A DNA stretch of 64,000 bases from Legionellaceae bacterium (GTDB taxonomy: Bacteria > Pseudomonadota > Gammaproteobacteria > UBA12402): positions 1,865 through 65,864 of the forward strand of contig PANR01000018.1 in NCBI GenBank assembly GCA_002707695.1. The letters are read 5' to 3'. A model generated the notes under the pieces. It did not search any database, was not told where the DNA came from, and saw only the letters and a list, made by a program, of their open reading frames with translations. Positions within the stretch are counted from its first letter, which is position 1. Each line of letters begins with the position of its first letter. Shown one piece after another: positions 29,755 through 40,135 of the stretch. The translations under genes and the position numbers were made by a program.

Positions 29755-30547
29755 ACAGAAAGTCAACAAAGAACACAAGACCGCCTGAAACCACCACGCT
29801 AATAAAAAACAACAAAATTAAAAGACGAGCATGTGAGAATTGCTCCACCCTTGATACGCTGGGCTTTGACAAAGTGGCGGGCGTTAGAGAGTCGAGGCGT
29901 GATTGTAGAGGCAGTAGCTTAAGCTGAGCTTGTTGAGCAGTTTGCAGCAATGAAAGCTTTTCTTGTTGAAGTTCTGACACGACGCGTAATTTTTCTAACG
30001 GATCTTCAGCGCGAGCGTCCGATGACTGTAGGGGAGTAAGCTCTGCATCAAGCTGATTCAACCGCTGTTGACTATCAACAAGCAACTGTTTAACAAACCT
30101 CATCTCCTCAACTAAAAGGTGTCGCTGAGATGCCAGCTCATCTGATTGAAAAGTCGTGAGAGCACGCAAAAGAGAATGAGTTTGTTTTTCAAACCGCTCA
30201 CGTAATACAGCTAAATCATGGCCTTCGGCCTGAATGGTGAACCGGTGATTATCCTGCTCATTTATAATCTGGAGAGGCAAACTGTCCTCACTAGAGACCA
30301 ACTGACTAAGCATTGAATAAACTGCGCTATTTGGCTGAATAGGTTGAAAGACGCTATTAACCTGGTATCCAGCTGGTCGTAATACGGCTGTTAACCGATA
30401 CTCTGGTTTTCTCATAAACACATAAGCAAAACTCAACAGTATGAAAATCAAGAGCGCGCTAAAAAACAATTTTTTTCGACGCAGCAGGGCCCTCACAATA
30501 TCTTCAAGAGAGATATATTGATCTTCTGAAAATGGTTGTTTTGTCAT
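29720..30547 (-). CDS. Wzz-like polysaccharide chain-length regulator
   Basis: ISLEDIVRALLRRK N-terminus, two terminal TM helices, central coiled coil. Confidence 0.7.
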   Translation of the reverse strand: MTKQPFSEDQYISLEDIVRALLRRKKLFFSALLIFILLSFAYVFMRKPEYRLTAVLRPAGYQVNSVFQPIQPNSAVYSMLSQLVSSEDSLPLQIINEQDNHRFTIQAEGHDLAVLRERFEKQTHSLLRALTTFQSDELASQRHLLVEEMRFVKQLLVDSQQRLNQLDAELTPLQSSDARAEDPLEKLRVVSELQQEKLSLLQTAQQAQLKLLPLQSRLDSLTPATLSKPSVSRVEQFSHARLLILLFFISVVVSGGLVFFVDFLSKFRTKVDREL

Positions 30548-30619
30548 GCGTGTAGGTTCCTTAGGACTGAGGTGTGCCCCCATTTGGAGAGCTCACCTCA
30601 GCGACAAGGATACTTATAT

Positions 30620-30931
30620 TTATCCTACCGTCAACCTCCCCTTCACTTTTGCAATCAACTTATCACCAAAGCCTTTCACGTGGCTCAAGTCGCTCACGGA
30701 TTTAAAAGCGCCGTGCTGTTGGCGATAAGCTACAATGGCGCTGGCACGTTTGGGGCCAATGCCCTTGACGGCTGCCAAGCTGGCAGCATCCGCACCATTG
30801 AGATTAACAGCCGATGGCTGAGCTTGAAAAACCGCTGAGCGGTGATGGTGACTGCTTTCAGCAATGGCTTGCTGAGCACCCATAATTGCCAAGCTACCCA
30901 ATAATAGAACAGTGATTGTTTTTAAACGCAT
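30620..30931 (-). CDS. comEA: ComEA family helix-hairpin-helix DNA-binding protein
   Basis: Signal peptide; VNLN.A, KGIGPKRASAIVAYR..HGAFKS, VKGFG. Confidence 0.9.
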   Translation of the reverse strand: MRLKTITVLLLGSLAIMGAQQAIAESSHHHRSAVFQAQPSAVNLNGADAASLAAVKGIGPKRASAIVAYRQQHGAFKSVSDLSHVKGFGDKLIAKVKGRLTVG

Positions 30932-31182
30932 CGTTTTCTCCTTAGATTAACGTTAATAATAAAAAACCTTTCTGCAGACGCAATGATCCCGCAAGCAAGA
31001 TAATAGGTTGCAAAAAGGAATGAGTTGCTCGAACGAGCCCACGCATCGTAGCAAATTCGTTGCGAATGTCTAGGATCTGAGAGCAATTTCTTCCAAACTA
31101 ACGGGCAGCCGTCTTGTTTTTGACCGCTTCCTGGCGTATAGTGCGGTCATTGAATTAACTGACAGACTAAGAGAGGAATCTC

Positions 31183-31812
31183 ATGAAAAAAATCATTCCC
31201 GCAGCACTTGCGTTAACTGCATTATCGACGACCGCTTTGGCAGCTCCTTCACTCGCGGGCAGCAACCACAACACATCGGCTTATTACTGGCCAGCAAAAA
31301 CCTGGTATGTAGAAGCAACCGGCGGTACCAACTTTGCTTATTTGGGCGTTTTATCATCAACCAGTACCAATACTGATACGGGCATGCAAGGCTGGGGTTG
31401 GAGTGGCGCAGTCGGCTACAACATACGTGATTTCTTTGCCTTAGAAGCAGGCTTTATGCAGAACTACGTCAATGTTGAAGCCGAGAACGACACCTCTTCT
31501 GGCGATAAGGCTTATATATCAGGTCACACCAATATTCCGTATTTCACCACTCGCTTTACCGTACCTGTTGCCAACCAATTTGCCTTTATCGGTAAACTCG
31601 GCGTTATGTATGCCAGCGCATCGGGCAGCGGTAAAGACAGCGAAGGCACTCAGCAAAACGCCAAATCGCCAAGCCTATTGTTGCCTTATGTCGGCATCGG
31701 CGCGGGCTATTCATTTACACCGAATGTGCAGCTTGTCGCTCAGTATCAGGGCGCGGTTTATGGTATTGTTGGCGCAGGTCTACTCAGCTTAGGTATAGAC
31801 TGGCGTTTTTAA
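31183..31812 (+). CDS. outer-membrane beta-barrel protein (OmpA-TM-like)
   Basis: Signal peptide, GYN..FALEAG, YVGIGAGY, C-terminal DWRF. Confidence 0.8.
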   Translation: MKKIIPAALALTALSTTALAAPSLAGSNHNTSAYYWPAKTWYVEATGGTNFAYLGVLSSTSTNTDTGMQGWGWSGAVGYNIRDFFALEAGFMQNYVNVEAENDTSSGDKAYISGHTNIPYFTTRFTVPVANQFAFIGKLGVMYASASGSGKDSEGTQQNAKSPSLLLPYVGIGAGYSFTPNVQLVAQYQGAVYGIVGAGLLSLGIDWRF

Positions 31813-31889
31813 TATTTTAGGTTTTTGAACATCCAAACTCGTGTTAGACTTATGCAATAAATTGTCTTAACGCGAAGAAGGATGTTCAG

Positions 31890-33071
31890 ATGCTTAAAAA
31901 ATTATCACTGTTACTCGTTGCTATATGCATTAGCACCATTACATTCGCTGCTCCTCAACCCCAACTCCTTCCACCAGCACCATCGCTCAATGCCACAGCG
32001 TATGTGCTTATGGATGCCAACAGTGGCAAAATTCTCGCGCAAAAAAACATGAATGCGCAGCATGAGCCTGCTAGCCTGACAAAATTAATGACCTTGTACC
32101 TTACCTTCCGTGCCATTAAAAATGGCACCATCAAACCCACCGATACCGTGTTAATCAGCAAAAAAGCTTGGCACATGGGTGGATCAAAAATGTTTGTTAA
32201 AGTGGGTGATCGCGTACCTGTCGACTTGTTGATTCAAGGTGTAATTGTTGACTCAGGTAACGACGCAACCGTTGCACTCGCACAAGACATTGGCGGCACC
32301 GAACAAAGCTTTGTCAACATGATGAACCAACAAGCACAAGCATTAGGCATGACACAAACTCACTTTGTTGACAGCACCGGTTTACCTGATCCTAATCATG
32401 TCAGCACAGCTTATGATTTAGCACTACTCGCACGCGCGATTATTACCAATTTTCCAAACGACTATCACTACTTCAGCCAAAAATGGTTAACCTATAATAA
32501 AATCAAACAACCCAACCGCAACCGTTTACTCTGGCGGTTTACTGGTGCTGATGGCTTGAAAACAGGTCACACGAGCGAGGCAGGATACTGCTTAATTGCT
32601 TCGGCAAAAAATCCACAGGGCATGCGATTAATTTCGGTTGTCCTTGGTACACCAAGTGATGAGGCACGAGCGAGCGATAGCATGGCCTTGCTGCGATACG
32701 GATTTCACTTTTTCACCACAAAATCATTATACGCTGCCAACACCCCCGTTACACAAGCGCGCATTTGGGGCGGTGAGAAAAAAATGTTGAATGTTGGCGT
32801 GAAAGATCCGTTGTATTTTACAAGCACAACCGCGCAAGCCAACCAAGTCCGGACCACCATCGTGCTGAACAGTCCAATCAATGCGCCGGTGAAAAAAGGA
32901 CAGGCCATAGGCAAAGTCAATGTGATCGTCAACGGCCAAACTGTGCAAACCGTGCCACTCATCGCATTAGAGGCTGACACAAAAGGGGGGATCTTCCGTC
33001 GGTCAACCGATCATGTTGAAGGGTGGTTTCATCACAGTAAAAAACCAGTAGCAAAACCGGCAGCAAAATAG
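31890..33071 (+). CDS. dacA: D-alanyl-D-alanine carboxypeptidase (PBP5/6)
   Basis: PASLTK (SxxK), SGND (SxN), LKTGHT. Confidence 0.92.
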   Translation: MLKKLSLLLVAICISTITFAAPQPQLLPPAPSLNATAYVLMDANSGKILAQKNMNAQHEPASLTKLMTLYLTFRAIKNGTIKPTDTVLISKKAWHMGGSKMFVKVGDRVPVDLLIQGVIVDSGNDATVALAQDIGGTEQSFVNMMNQQAQALGMTQTHFVDSTGLPDPNHVSTAYDLALLARAIITNFPNDYHYFSQKWLTYNKIKQPNRNRLLWRFTGADGLKTGHTSEAGYCLIASAKNPQGMRLISVVLGTPSDEARASDSMALLRYGFHFFTTKSLYAANTPVTQARIWGGEKKMLNVGVKDPLYFTSTTAQANQVRTTIVLNSPINAPVKKGQAIGKVNVIVNGQTVQTVPLIALEADTKGGIFRRSTDHVEGWFHHSKKPVAKPAAK

Positions 33072-33079
33072 AGAGCAAC

Positions 33080-35149
33080 GTGCATAACTACTATCATCTT
33101 TTTACCCTTTGGCTACACAGCCATCCACAATGGGGATCGGTGGTCGCCTTTCTCGTTGCTTTTGCTGAATGTATTCCGCTTTTAGGCACCATCATTCCAG
33201 GATCAGTAACCATGACGGCCATAGGCGTACTCATTGGGTCTGGTGTCATGCCGCTATCTGCAACGCTTGCTTGCGCAACCATCGGCGCAGTCGCGGGTGA
33301 TAGCATTGGTTTGTTAATCGGTTATTACTACAAAGATCAATTAAAACGCATGTGGCCTTTTCGCAAATACCCTAAAATGCTCGAACGTGGCCAACAGTTT
33401 ATTGCACAGCATGGTGGTAAAAGTATCTTTATCGGTCGTTTTGTTGGTGCAATTCGCGCGTTTGTGCCCTTGGTTGCCGGCATGTTAGAAATTCCCCCAT
33501 TACGTTTTTATCTTGTCGACATTGTCTCTGCACTTTGTTGGGCCATTGCTTATATGCTGCCAGGATTTTTAATTGGTATTGCGTCACTCGAAATTCCTGC
33601 CGAAATGGCTGCAAAAGTTATTTTGCTCATCTTATCTTTATTAGTGGTATTATGGGTTGTCACCTGTATTTTAAAAGCAAGTTCGAAATGGATTTATCAA
33701 CACCTCAACGCCATTTCCGATGCAGTCTGGCAAAAACTTAAAAAACGCCCTAAAGCACATGTCATCTGCAACTTACTGCGTTTTCCACAAGAAAGAACGG
33801 AATCAGGCCAGCTCGCGCTAGCGGTTTTTGCGCTGATTCTCACAAGCTTGTTTGTTATTCTTTGGCTAAATGTCATCACGCACAGCATGCTCACCGATTG
33901 GAACGAACCGTTCTATCACCTCTTTCGTGGCATGTACACGCCAGGCATGACAAAAATCATGTTGCTCATTAGCACATTAGGCCAAAAAGCTGTGCTGCTC
34001 CCACTTGGCGCAACGGTTTTTATTTATCTGCTTGCCACTCGCCATGGACGCACAGCATTGCACTGGCTAGCCCTAGTCATTTTAATCACAGTGATTGCTT
34101 ATGCTTGCAAACATTTGTATTACAATCCCAGACCACCTGGTTTGCTCAACGGCCCCATCAATAGCTCATACCCCAGCGGGCATGTGTCGTTATCCGTTGC
34201 ATTTTATGGATTTATTGGTTTTTTACTTGGGCGTCGCATGCCTGAATGGCGGCAAGCTATTTATTGGACCGTCGCGGTCATTTGCTCGCTTGTGGCTTTG
34301 TCCCGATTGTATTTAGGCGCACACTGGTTAACGGATGTTGTGGGCGGTGCATTACTTGCAGGCGCAGTACTTTCAGGGGTGATCATTGCTTATCGTCGCT
34401 CAACGATGCCAGAGATTAATTGGATCGGCATACTAACAACTGCACTCATCACTTTGTTTATCTTTGGCGGCTGGTATCTTCACAAACACCTTCACATGCT
34501 GCAAGAAGACTATCAACCTGTTTGGCCCGAGCATCAAATTGATGAAGACAGCTGGTGGAATCAACAAAGCAATAAAATACCATTATACCGCGCAGGACGC
34601 TTGGGCGAAGCACAACAGATTTTGAATGTGCAGTGGAGCAGCTCACTTGAAGATATCATTTCAACTTTAGCAGCAAATGGCTGGCGAAATGTGCCCGTCA
34701 ATAACTTTTTCACCCTATTCGAGCGCGTCACGCAAGAAGATAAAGTAAAACACATCACCATCATCGAAGAATTAAAGAACGATCACCCCCCCGCCTATAT
34801 CGGCATTCGCACCACGGGTACAGGGCAACCTGCTGTGATTTTCTTATGGGATGCACACGTTACGCTTCAACCAGGCAATAAGCCACTTTGGGTAGGCACA
34901 ATCTATTATCAGACGGTTCATCATTATTCATTGACGCACCAAAACCAGAATATTGAAACACTTTCTGCAATCGAAGAACTCATGCCGTCATTGAAAAATT
35001 ATGTTTACAAGGAAGAAGCGATTGACGCAAAACAATTGCCGCTTCGTTTTAGCTTGAAACAACATTCGCCCTACATGTTAATACTTATTCGCCCACGTAA
35101 TACAAATATCTTAACCATACTTAATCAAAACGCTACACGGCCACTTTAA
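33080..35149 (+). CDS. DedA + PAP2 phosphatase fusion with C-terminal extension (LssY-like)
   Basis: DedA motifs IIPGS, GRFVGAIRA; PAP2 motifs PRP, SYPSGH, SRLYLGAHWLTDV; PLWVG C-domain. Confidence 0.8.
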   Translation: MHNYYHLFTLWLHSHPQWGSVVAFLVAFAECIPLLGTIIPGSVTMTAIGVLIGSGVMPLSATLACATIGAVAGDSIGLLIGYYYKDQLKRMWPFRKYPKMLERGQQFIAQHGGKSIFIGRFVGAIRAFVPLVAGMLEIPPLRFYLVDIVSALCWAIAYMLPGFLIGIASLEIPAEMAAKVILLILSLLVVLWVVTCILKASSKWIYQHLNAISDAVWQKLKKRPKAHVICNLLRFPQERTESGQLALAVFALILTSLFVILWLNVITHSMLTDWNEPFYHLFRGMYTPGMTKIMLLISTLGQKAVLLPLGATVFIYLLATRHGRTALHWLALVILITVIAYACKHLYYNPRPPGLLNGPINSSYPSGHVSLSVAFYGFIGFLLGRRMPEWRQAIYWTVAVICSLVALSRLYLGAHWLTDVVGGALLAGAVLSGVIIAYRRSTMPEINWIGILTTALITLFIFGGWYLHKHLHMLQEDYQPVWPEHQIDEDSWWNQQSNKIPLYRAGRLGEAQQILNVQWSSSLEDIISTLAANGWRNVPVNNFFTLFERVTQEDKVKHITIIEELKNDHPPAYIGIRTTGTGQPAVIFLWDAHVTLQPGNKPLWVGTIYYQTVHHYSLTHQNQNIETLSAIEELMPSLKNYVYKEEAIDAKQLPLRFSLKQHSPYMLILIRPRNTNILTILNQNATRPL

Positions 35150-35834
35150 TACTGTTGACAAAACGTTTGAACGGCAAAAAGTTGTTTTTAACTACTTCAA
35201 AACGCGTAACACCATCAATGGGGTTAATCTGACTGGTGCTGGTGCCAGTTAGCCAACACTCAATGCCATAACGTTGTTGCTGCCAAACATACACAACCTG
35301 AGTGAAAACTTTTCCGCTGGTTTTATCCGTCTGTTGATACACAGCAAATAACGCGGGATGGCCTTTAATAGCATGTGTAGCCTGATAAAGTTTGATTGGT
35401 GTGACTTGATAAACGGCTTTCATTCGCTTAACAGTTTCTTGAAGCACCTGTGTCGCATAAAGCTTAAACGGCATCGTCGCCGGTGGTATAGAGACTTTAA
35501 GACGATAAACGGTTTGATCGTGCCAGCCTGGTCCAAAATTCACAGCCGTATAACTTGGCCCTTGTTGATCACTAACTTGGGTATATTCATACTCCGACGC
35601 ATCTGCCGCCTGTGGCACCATGACTGAAAAACTAGCGGGCACTGACATTTGCCCTGGCACGGCTTTGCCAATTCGCGAAACATAATACCCTTGTTGAATT
35701 TTGCCAGACACGTTTTTAACTGTGGGTTGTGGAGCAACGGGTTTCGCTGTTTCATGGGATTGCATCACTACGGCGCAACCCGATAAGCATGTAACAGTAC
35801 TCAGCGCCACTATCATCATTATTTTTTTCATCAT
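35133..35834 (-). CDS. hypothetical lipoprotein
   Basis: Signal peptide with LSGC lipobox. Confidence 0.7.
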   Translation of the reverse strand: MMKKIMMIVALSTVTCLSGCAVVMQSHETAKPVAPQPTVKNVSGKIQQGYYVSRIGKAVPGQMSVPASFSVMVPQAADASEYEYTQVSDQQGPSYTAVNFGPGWHDQTVYRLKVSIPPATMPFKLYATQVLQETVKRMKAVYQVTPIKLYQATHAIKGHPALFAVYQQTDKTSGKVFTQVVYVWQQQRYGIECWLTGTSTSQINPIDGVTRFEVVKNNFLPFKRFVNSIKVAV

Positions 35835-35851
35835 CTAAACTCCAACACGTA

Positions 35852-35986
35852 TTACACCACATCCGTTGCCACATGCACCGCGCCACTACCCACATCAGCA
35901 GCCGCATCAATGGGTGCTTTGAGCAAACAGCCCGAGAGCGCGCCGATCAGCAGCAATAAGGTAAATACTTTAATCAATGCTTTCAT
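35852..35986 (-). CDS. small (44 aa) lipoprotein, not in ORF track
   Basis: MKALIKVFTLLLLIGALSGCLLKAPIDAAADVGSGAVHVATDVV; LSGC lipobox, GAGA-type RBS upstream. Confidence 0.7.
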   Translation of the reverse strand: MKALIKVFTLLLLIGALSGCLLKAPIDAAADVGSGAVHVATDVV

Positions 35987-36031
35987 ACACATTCTCTCAG
36001 CTTAACACTTCACATACTACCAAACTTCACG

Positions 36032-36325
36032 TCAACCTCTCAATAAGCGCTCAATTGTTTTTGGATCCTTCTGGATTAATTTTAACAGGACTTTAGCTGG
36101 ACCTTGAGGCTGACGTGTCCCCTGCTCCCAATGCTGCAGCGTTCTCAAATTAAATGAGTACAGAGCTGCAAATTGCTCTTGCGTCAATCCAATTTTTTGA
36201 CGAATCTTTCTAACATCAACCTCGCCTCGCAACACAATATGCTCAATTCCCTTCGACTTATCACCTTTCATAAACTCAATGGCATCTTCTAAGCCCTTTT
36301 TCAATCGCTGCCCCATGTCACTCAT
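36032..36325 (-). CDS. HTH-XRE antitoxin (HigA-like)
   Basis: IRQKIGLTQEQFA..TLQHWEQG.RQPQGPA; overlaps toxin stop. Confidence 0.85.
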   Translation of the reverse strand: MSDMGQRLKKGLEDAIEFMKGDKSKGIEHIVLRGEVDVRKIRQKIGLTQEQFAALYSFNLRTLQHWEQGTRQPQGPAKVLLKLIQKDPKTIERLLRG

Positions 36326-36672
36326 TTTACACCTCGCCTGTAACTTAATTTCAATTCATTGGCCAATTTAGACAACATCTTTAGCTCTGATTTATCAAGA
36401 TCTTCTTTGTCATGCTTTGAATAAAGATCCAGCAACACAAGTGGGGCCGTATTATTATAGAAATAATAAATCACTCTCACTCCACCTCTTTTGCCTTGGC
36501 CCGATTGCCTCCATCTTAATTTTCTCAAACCACCACTGCCAGGAATCACATTTCCCGACTCTGGAAACTGTGCCAAAAAAGAAATCATTAGAGACCTCTC
36601 ATCATCTGTCAAATACTTCTTGGCCCCACCCAAAAAACAAGGCATCTCAACAACACTGCAATATTCTAGCAT
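36322..36672 (-). CDS. RelE/HigB-family toxin (toxin-first TA operon)
   Basis: GNVIPGSGGLRKLRW..GKRGGVRVIYY, YSK..KEDL. Confidence 0.88.
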   Translation of the reverse strand: MLEYCSVVEMPCFLGGAKKYLTDDERSLMISFLAQFPESGNVIPGSGGLRKLRWRQSGQGKRGGVRVIYYFYNNTAPLVLLDLYSKHDKEDLDKSELKMLSKLANELKLSYRRGVK

Positions 36673-36833
36673 AAGCTACTCCATTGGTCGACTTAATTTG
36701 CGCAAAAATTGGGAAAACATTTGGAAGAAAAACAAAGGTTCCGCCATCATAGCAACAAATGTCTATGGCAAACAAACCCTTTTTGACTGCCTAGCGGTCT
36801 TGCTGAAAGAACTGCGTGAAGGGTTGGTCGAAC

Positions 36834-36894
36834 AAACCCTGATTGGACAGGATGTCCAATCCGGAGCGAGGCAGAGATGTACGTGAGCGTGTTT
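36834..36894. repeat. dispersed intergenic repeat core, copy 1
   Basis: 56/61 identical to 62305-62364; contains hairpin GATTGGAC-N5-GTCCAATC. Confidence 0.85.
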
Positions 36895-37006
36895 GCAAGC
36901 AACATGAGTAAAGAATTAATCAAACAGCCTCTCATCTCTTTTATTTTCAAATATCACAAGATAAACTAGCCCCACGCAGATAACCCAACACAGCAAGGAA
37001 AACATC

Positions 37007-37990
37007 ATGCATCATCCCTGGCTTGGCCTTGGCCTTTTTGCCATCGAGACATTGATCATCGTCATCGCAATTGTAGCGATCTTCATCGCGTTTTTCACAC
37101 TCCTTGCTCGCGGCAAACTGGATAGTAAAAAAAATCGATTAAAAATCGAGAATCTTAATAAAAAATATCAAGATATGCAGTCGACACTGCAAGAAGAAAT
37201 ACTCGACAAAAAAGCATTTAAACAATTTAAAAAAAATATAAAAACGAAAAATAAAAACAATCCTCGCTTATTTGTGCTGCAGTTTAAAGGTGATATGACA
37301 GCAAAAGGTGTTGGTCAGCTGCGTGATGAAATTACCATGATACTCACCAGCGCAACGGAAAAAGACGAAGTGTTACTGCAGCTAGAAAGCCCAGGCGGTG
37401 AAGTGACCAACTATGGATTAGCTGCATCGCAATTGCAGCGCATCCGCACAGCGAACATTCCACTCACTGTCGCCGTCGACCGAGTGGCGGCAAGCGGCGG
37501 ATACATGATGGCCTGTGTCGCCAATCGAATTCTCGCAGCGCCCTTTGCTGTGCTAGGCTCAATTGGCGTGGTATTACAAGCGCCCAACGTTCATCAGTTT
37601 TTAAAATCGCGCGGTATTGATGTTGAATTACTCACTGCGGGTGAAAACAAACGCAACTTAACCCTGCTTGGCAAAAACACTGATGAAGATCGTCAAAAAG
37701 CACAAACCATCATTGATGACATTCATCAGCAGTTTATAGAACATGTTAAAACGCATCGACCCCAAGTGGAGATTGAAAAAATTGCAAAAGGTGACTTTTG
37801 GTTTGGCGCACGCGCACTTGAACTAAAGTTGATTGACGAGATCAACACAAGTGACGACTATCTTTTACAAGCTACAAAAAAACAATCGATTTATCAAATT
37901 AGCACACAACGAAAAAAACGTTTTATTGAAAAAATAATTGGCACAGCAAAAGCTGAGTTTCAATCAATACTCAACAACAAGGTTATTTAA
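37007..37990 (+). CDS. sohB: S49 serine peptidase SohB
   Basis: LESPGG..YGLAASQL, VDRVAASGGYMMAC, GSIGV. Confidence 0.9.
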   Translation: MHHPWLGLGLFAIETLIIVIAIVAIFIAFFTLLARGKLDSKKNRLKIENLNKKYQDMQSTLQEEILDKKAFKQFKKNIKTKNKNNPRLFVLQFKGDMTAKGVGQLRDEITMILTSATEKDEVLLQLESPGGEVTNYGLAASQLQRIRTANIPLTVAVDRVAASGGYMMACVANRILAAPFAVLGSIGVVLQAPNVHQFLKSRGIDVELLTAGENKRNLTLLGKNTDEDRQKAQTIIDDIHQQFIEHVKTHRPQVEIEKIAKGDFWFGARALELKLIDEINTSDDYLLQATKKQSIYQISTQRKKRFIEKIIGTAKAEFQSILNNKVI

Positions 37991-37991
37991 C

Positions 37992-38921
37992 ATGGGACAT
38001 CATCACCACGGTCATAGTCATAGCCATGGTCACGGACATGGGCACCATCACCACGGCGCAAACTCGTCACTTAAAGTGATTATCATCGCGACGATCATTA
38101 TTTTTGGCTTTGCTATTATCGAAGTCATTGGGGGCGCCATTGCTAATTCACTGGCACTCTGGAGTGATGCGGCGCATATGCTCACCGATGCTGCTTCCTT
38201 AATGCTTGCCGGCTTTGCCGCATGGATCGCTAAGCGACCACCGTCAGATAAATTTACTTATGGGCTTGGCCGTGCCGAAGTGATTGGGGCAACTATTAGC
38301 AGCATGATTTTGTTAATTATGGTGATTGCTATTGTAGCCACAGGTGTCGACCGCCTACATCGCGAACATCATGTTGACGGCGGTACCGTGGCCATCATCG
38401 CCGCGATTGGTTTAATTGCCAATATTGTTGTGGCGTACGTATTAAGCCACGGCGAGAAAAATTTAAATATTCGCGCAGCGATTATTCACGTACTGGGCGA
38501 TGTGCTCGGCTCATTTGCTGCTATTATTGCAGGGGTTATTATTTATTTTACTGGCTGGATGCCCATTGATGCCATCTTATCTTTTGTCATCGCCGGATTA
38601 ATTTTTGTTGCTAGCTTTCGACTGCTACTGGAAACCTTATCCGTTCTTATGGAAGGCGTGCCAAAAGGCATGACACTTGCTGACGTTGGAAATCATATGG
38701 CGAGCGTCGACGGCATTCACTCGGTGCATGATTTACATATTTGGACATTAGCAACAGGTCAAATCATGCTAACTGCCCACGTCAACTTAACCAACATCGA
38801 GCACTGGCAAACCTACCTTAAACACTTAAAACACCTGCTGCATGACAAATATGAAATTGAGCATATTACCTTGCAACCCGAAGTGAATGAATTTACGTTA
38901 CATCACATTAAAGAGCCTTAA
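37992..38921 (+). CDS. cation diffusion facilitator (ZitB/CzcD-like) metal exporter
   Basis: His-rich N-terminus, SDAAHMLTD, HVLGD, VHDLHIW, HITLQPE; start set at ATG 37992. Confidence 0.92.
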   Translation: MGHHHHGHSHSHGHGHGHHHHGANSSLKVIIIATIIIFGFAIIEVIGGAIANSLALWSDAAHMLTDAASLMLAGFAAWIAKRPPSDKFTYGLGRAEVIGATISSMILLIMVIAIVATGVDRLHREHHVDGGTVAIIAAIGLIANIVVAYVLSHGEKNLNIRAAIIHVLGDVLGSFAAIIAGVIIYFTGWMPIDAILSFVIAGLIFVASFRLLLETLSVLMEGVPKGMTLADVGNHMASVDGIHSVHDLHIWTLATGQIMLTAHVNLTNIEHWQTYLKHLKHLLHDKYEIEHITLQPEVNEFTLHHIKEP

Positions 38922-38932
38922 AGCCACGCTTG

Positions 38933-39610
38933 TTAGAACTCAATACGCTCTCCCTGCCAGTCGAATAAATCACCACTCATGGCAGGCGTTGTTTTTTGAA
39001 TCTGATCAAACAAATAACCCGCCGCTTGCTGTGGGGAAAATAACTTTTCAGGCTTGATATATTTTTGAAATGGTTTAGTTAAGCGGGTATCTACTGTGCC
39101 TGGATGATATCCACAGATGGCCACTTTCGGAAAACGACGAGACCACTCAATGCTGATATTTTTAATCAACATGTTTAAGGCACACTTACTGGCCCGATAG
39201 CTATACCACCCTCCTAAGCGATTGTCTGAAAGGCTAGACACCCTCGCGGACAACGTAATAAAAATTAATTCATCTTGTCTACTCAGCTTTTCTGAGAGAC
39301 ATTGTGCAATCCACATCACTGGTATGGCGTTCACACGCAAGCTCTCATAAAACCACTCAGCCTCAAATGTTGAAAGTGATTTCTCAGGCATGTGCTGATC
39401 GTCATAAAGCATGCCAACAGTATTGACGATAACAGATGGCAGTTGACCGGTTTGAAACAAGCGCCTAACATCTTCACGCTGGGTGATATCATATTCTGGA
39501 CGTGAAATTAGTACTGCTTCAACACCCAAGTCTTGATATTTTTTAGCCAAAGCCTTGCCGACCCCGCCCCCACCGATAATCCAAATACTTTGATCAAAAT
39601 GCATAGCCAC
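38933..39610 (-). CDS. short-chain dehydrogenase, C-factor (CsgA)-like
   Basis: PEKSL, SARVSSLSDNRLGGWYSYRASK, HPGTVDTRL. Confidence 0.85.
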   Translation of the reverse strand: MAMHFDQSIWIIGGGGVGKALAKKYQDLGVEAVLISRPEYDITQREDVRRLFQTGQLPSVIVNTVGMLYDDQHMPEKSLSTFEAEWFYESLRVNAIPVMWIAQCLSEKLSRQDELIFITLSARVSSLSDNRLGGWYSYRASKCALNMLIKNISIEWSRRFPKVAICGYHPGTVDTRLTKPFQKYIKPEKLFSPQQAAGYLFDQIQKTTPAMSGDLFDWQGERIEF

Positions 39611-39630
39611 AATCTCCCATAGGCTTTATA

Positions 39631-40113
39631 ATGATTCGCATGAAAAGAAACAAACAGATCATCCTGCCGTGTTTTATAGGCGTAGTTTTATGTTTATTAA
39701 TTGCTGGCATCGAGGGCTGGGTGACAGCATCAAATACCAACTCATGGTATCATACGCTCAACAAACCTGTATTCAACCCCCCCTCCTTTGTTTTTGGACC
39801 CATTTGGACAGTGCTCTACATCATGATAGGAATTGCTGGTGGATTGATTTGGAACAAACGAAAGCAGCATAAAGGGTTATGGATTTTATTTCTCATACAA
39901 TTGCTCTTTAATTTTTTGTGGTCTTTTTTATTTTTTCTCTGGGAATCAATAAGCTGGGCACTCATAGATATCAGCTTACTTTGGATAACTTTACTCATTA
40001 TTTTGATCTGTGCTTACAGAACTTATAGAGTCGTTGCTTACTGGCTAACGCCTTATTTTATCTGGGTAAGTTTTGCAGCCTTGCTTAATGTTAGCCTTTG
40101 GATATTAAACTAA
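39631..40113 (+). CDS. tspO: TspO/MBR tryptophan-rich sensory protein
   Basis: WY..LNKP.FNPP..VFGPIW, QL.FN..WS, PY..WV.FA..LN. Confidence 0.92.
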   Translation: MIRMKRNKQIILPCFIGVVLCLLIAGIEGWVTASNTNSWYHTLNKPVFNPPSFVFGPIWTVLYIMIGIAGGLIWNKRKQHKGLWILFLIQLLFNFLWSFLFFLWESISWALIDISLLWITLLIILICAYRTYRVVAYWLTPYFIWVSFAALLNVSLWILN

Positions 40114-40135
40114 TGAGCACATTACGCTTTATCAC

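Noticed and set aside
30940..31170. Possible ncRNA between comEA and the OMP gene
   Set aside because: Only short weak palindromes; no recognisable family
37995..38055. CAY/GGN-rich tract as a tandem repeat
   Set aside because: Ordinary His-rich N-terminus of a CDF transporter
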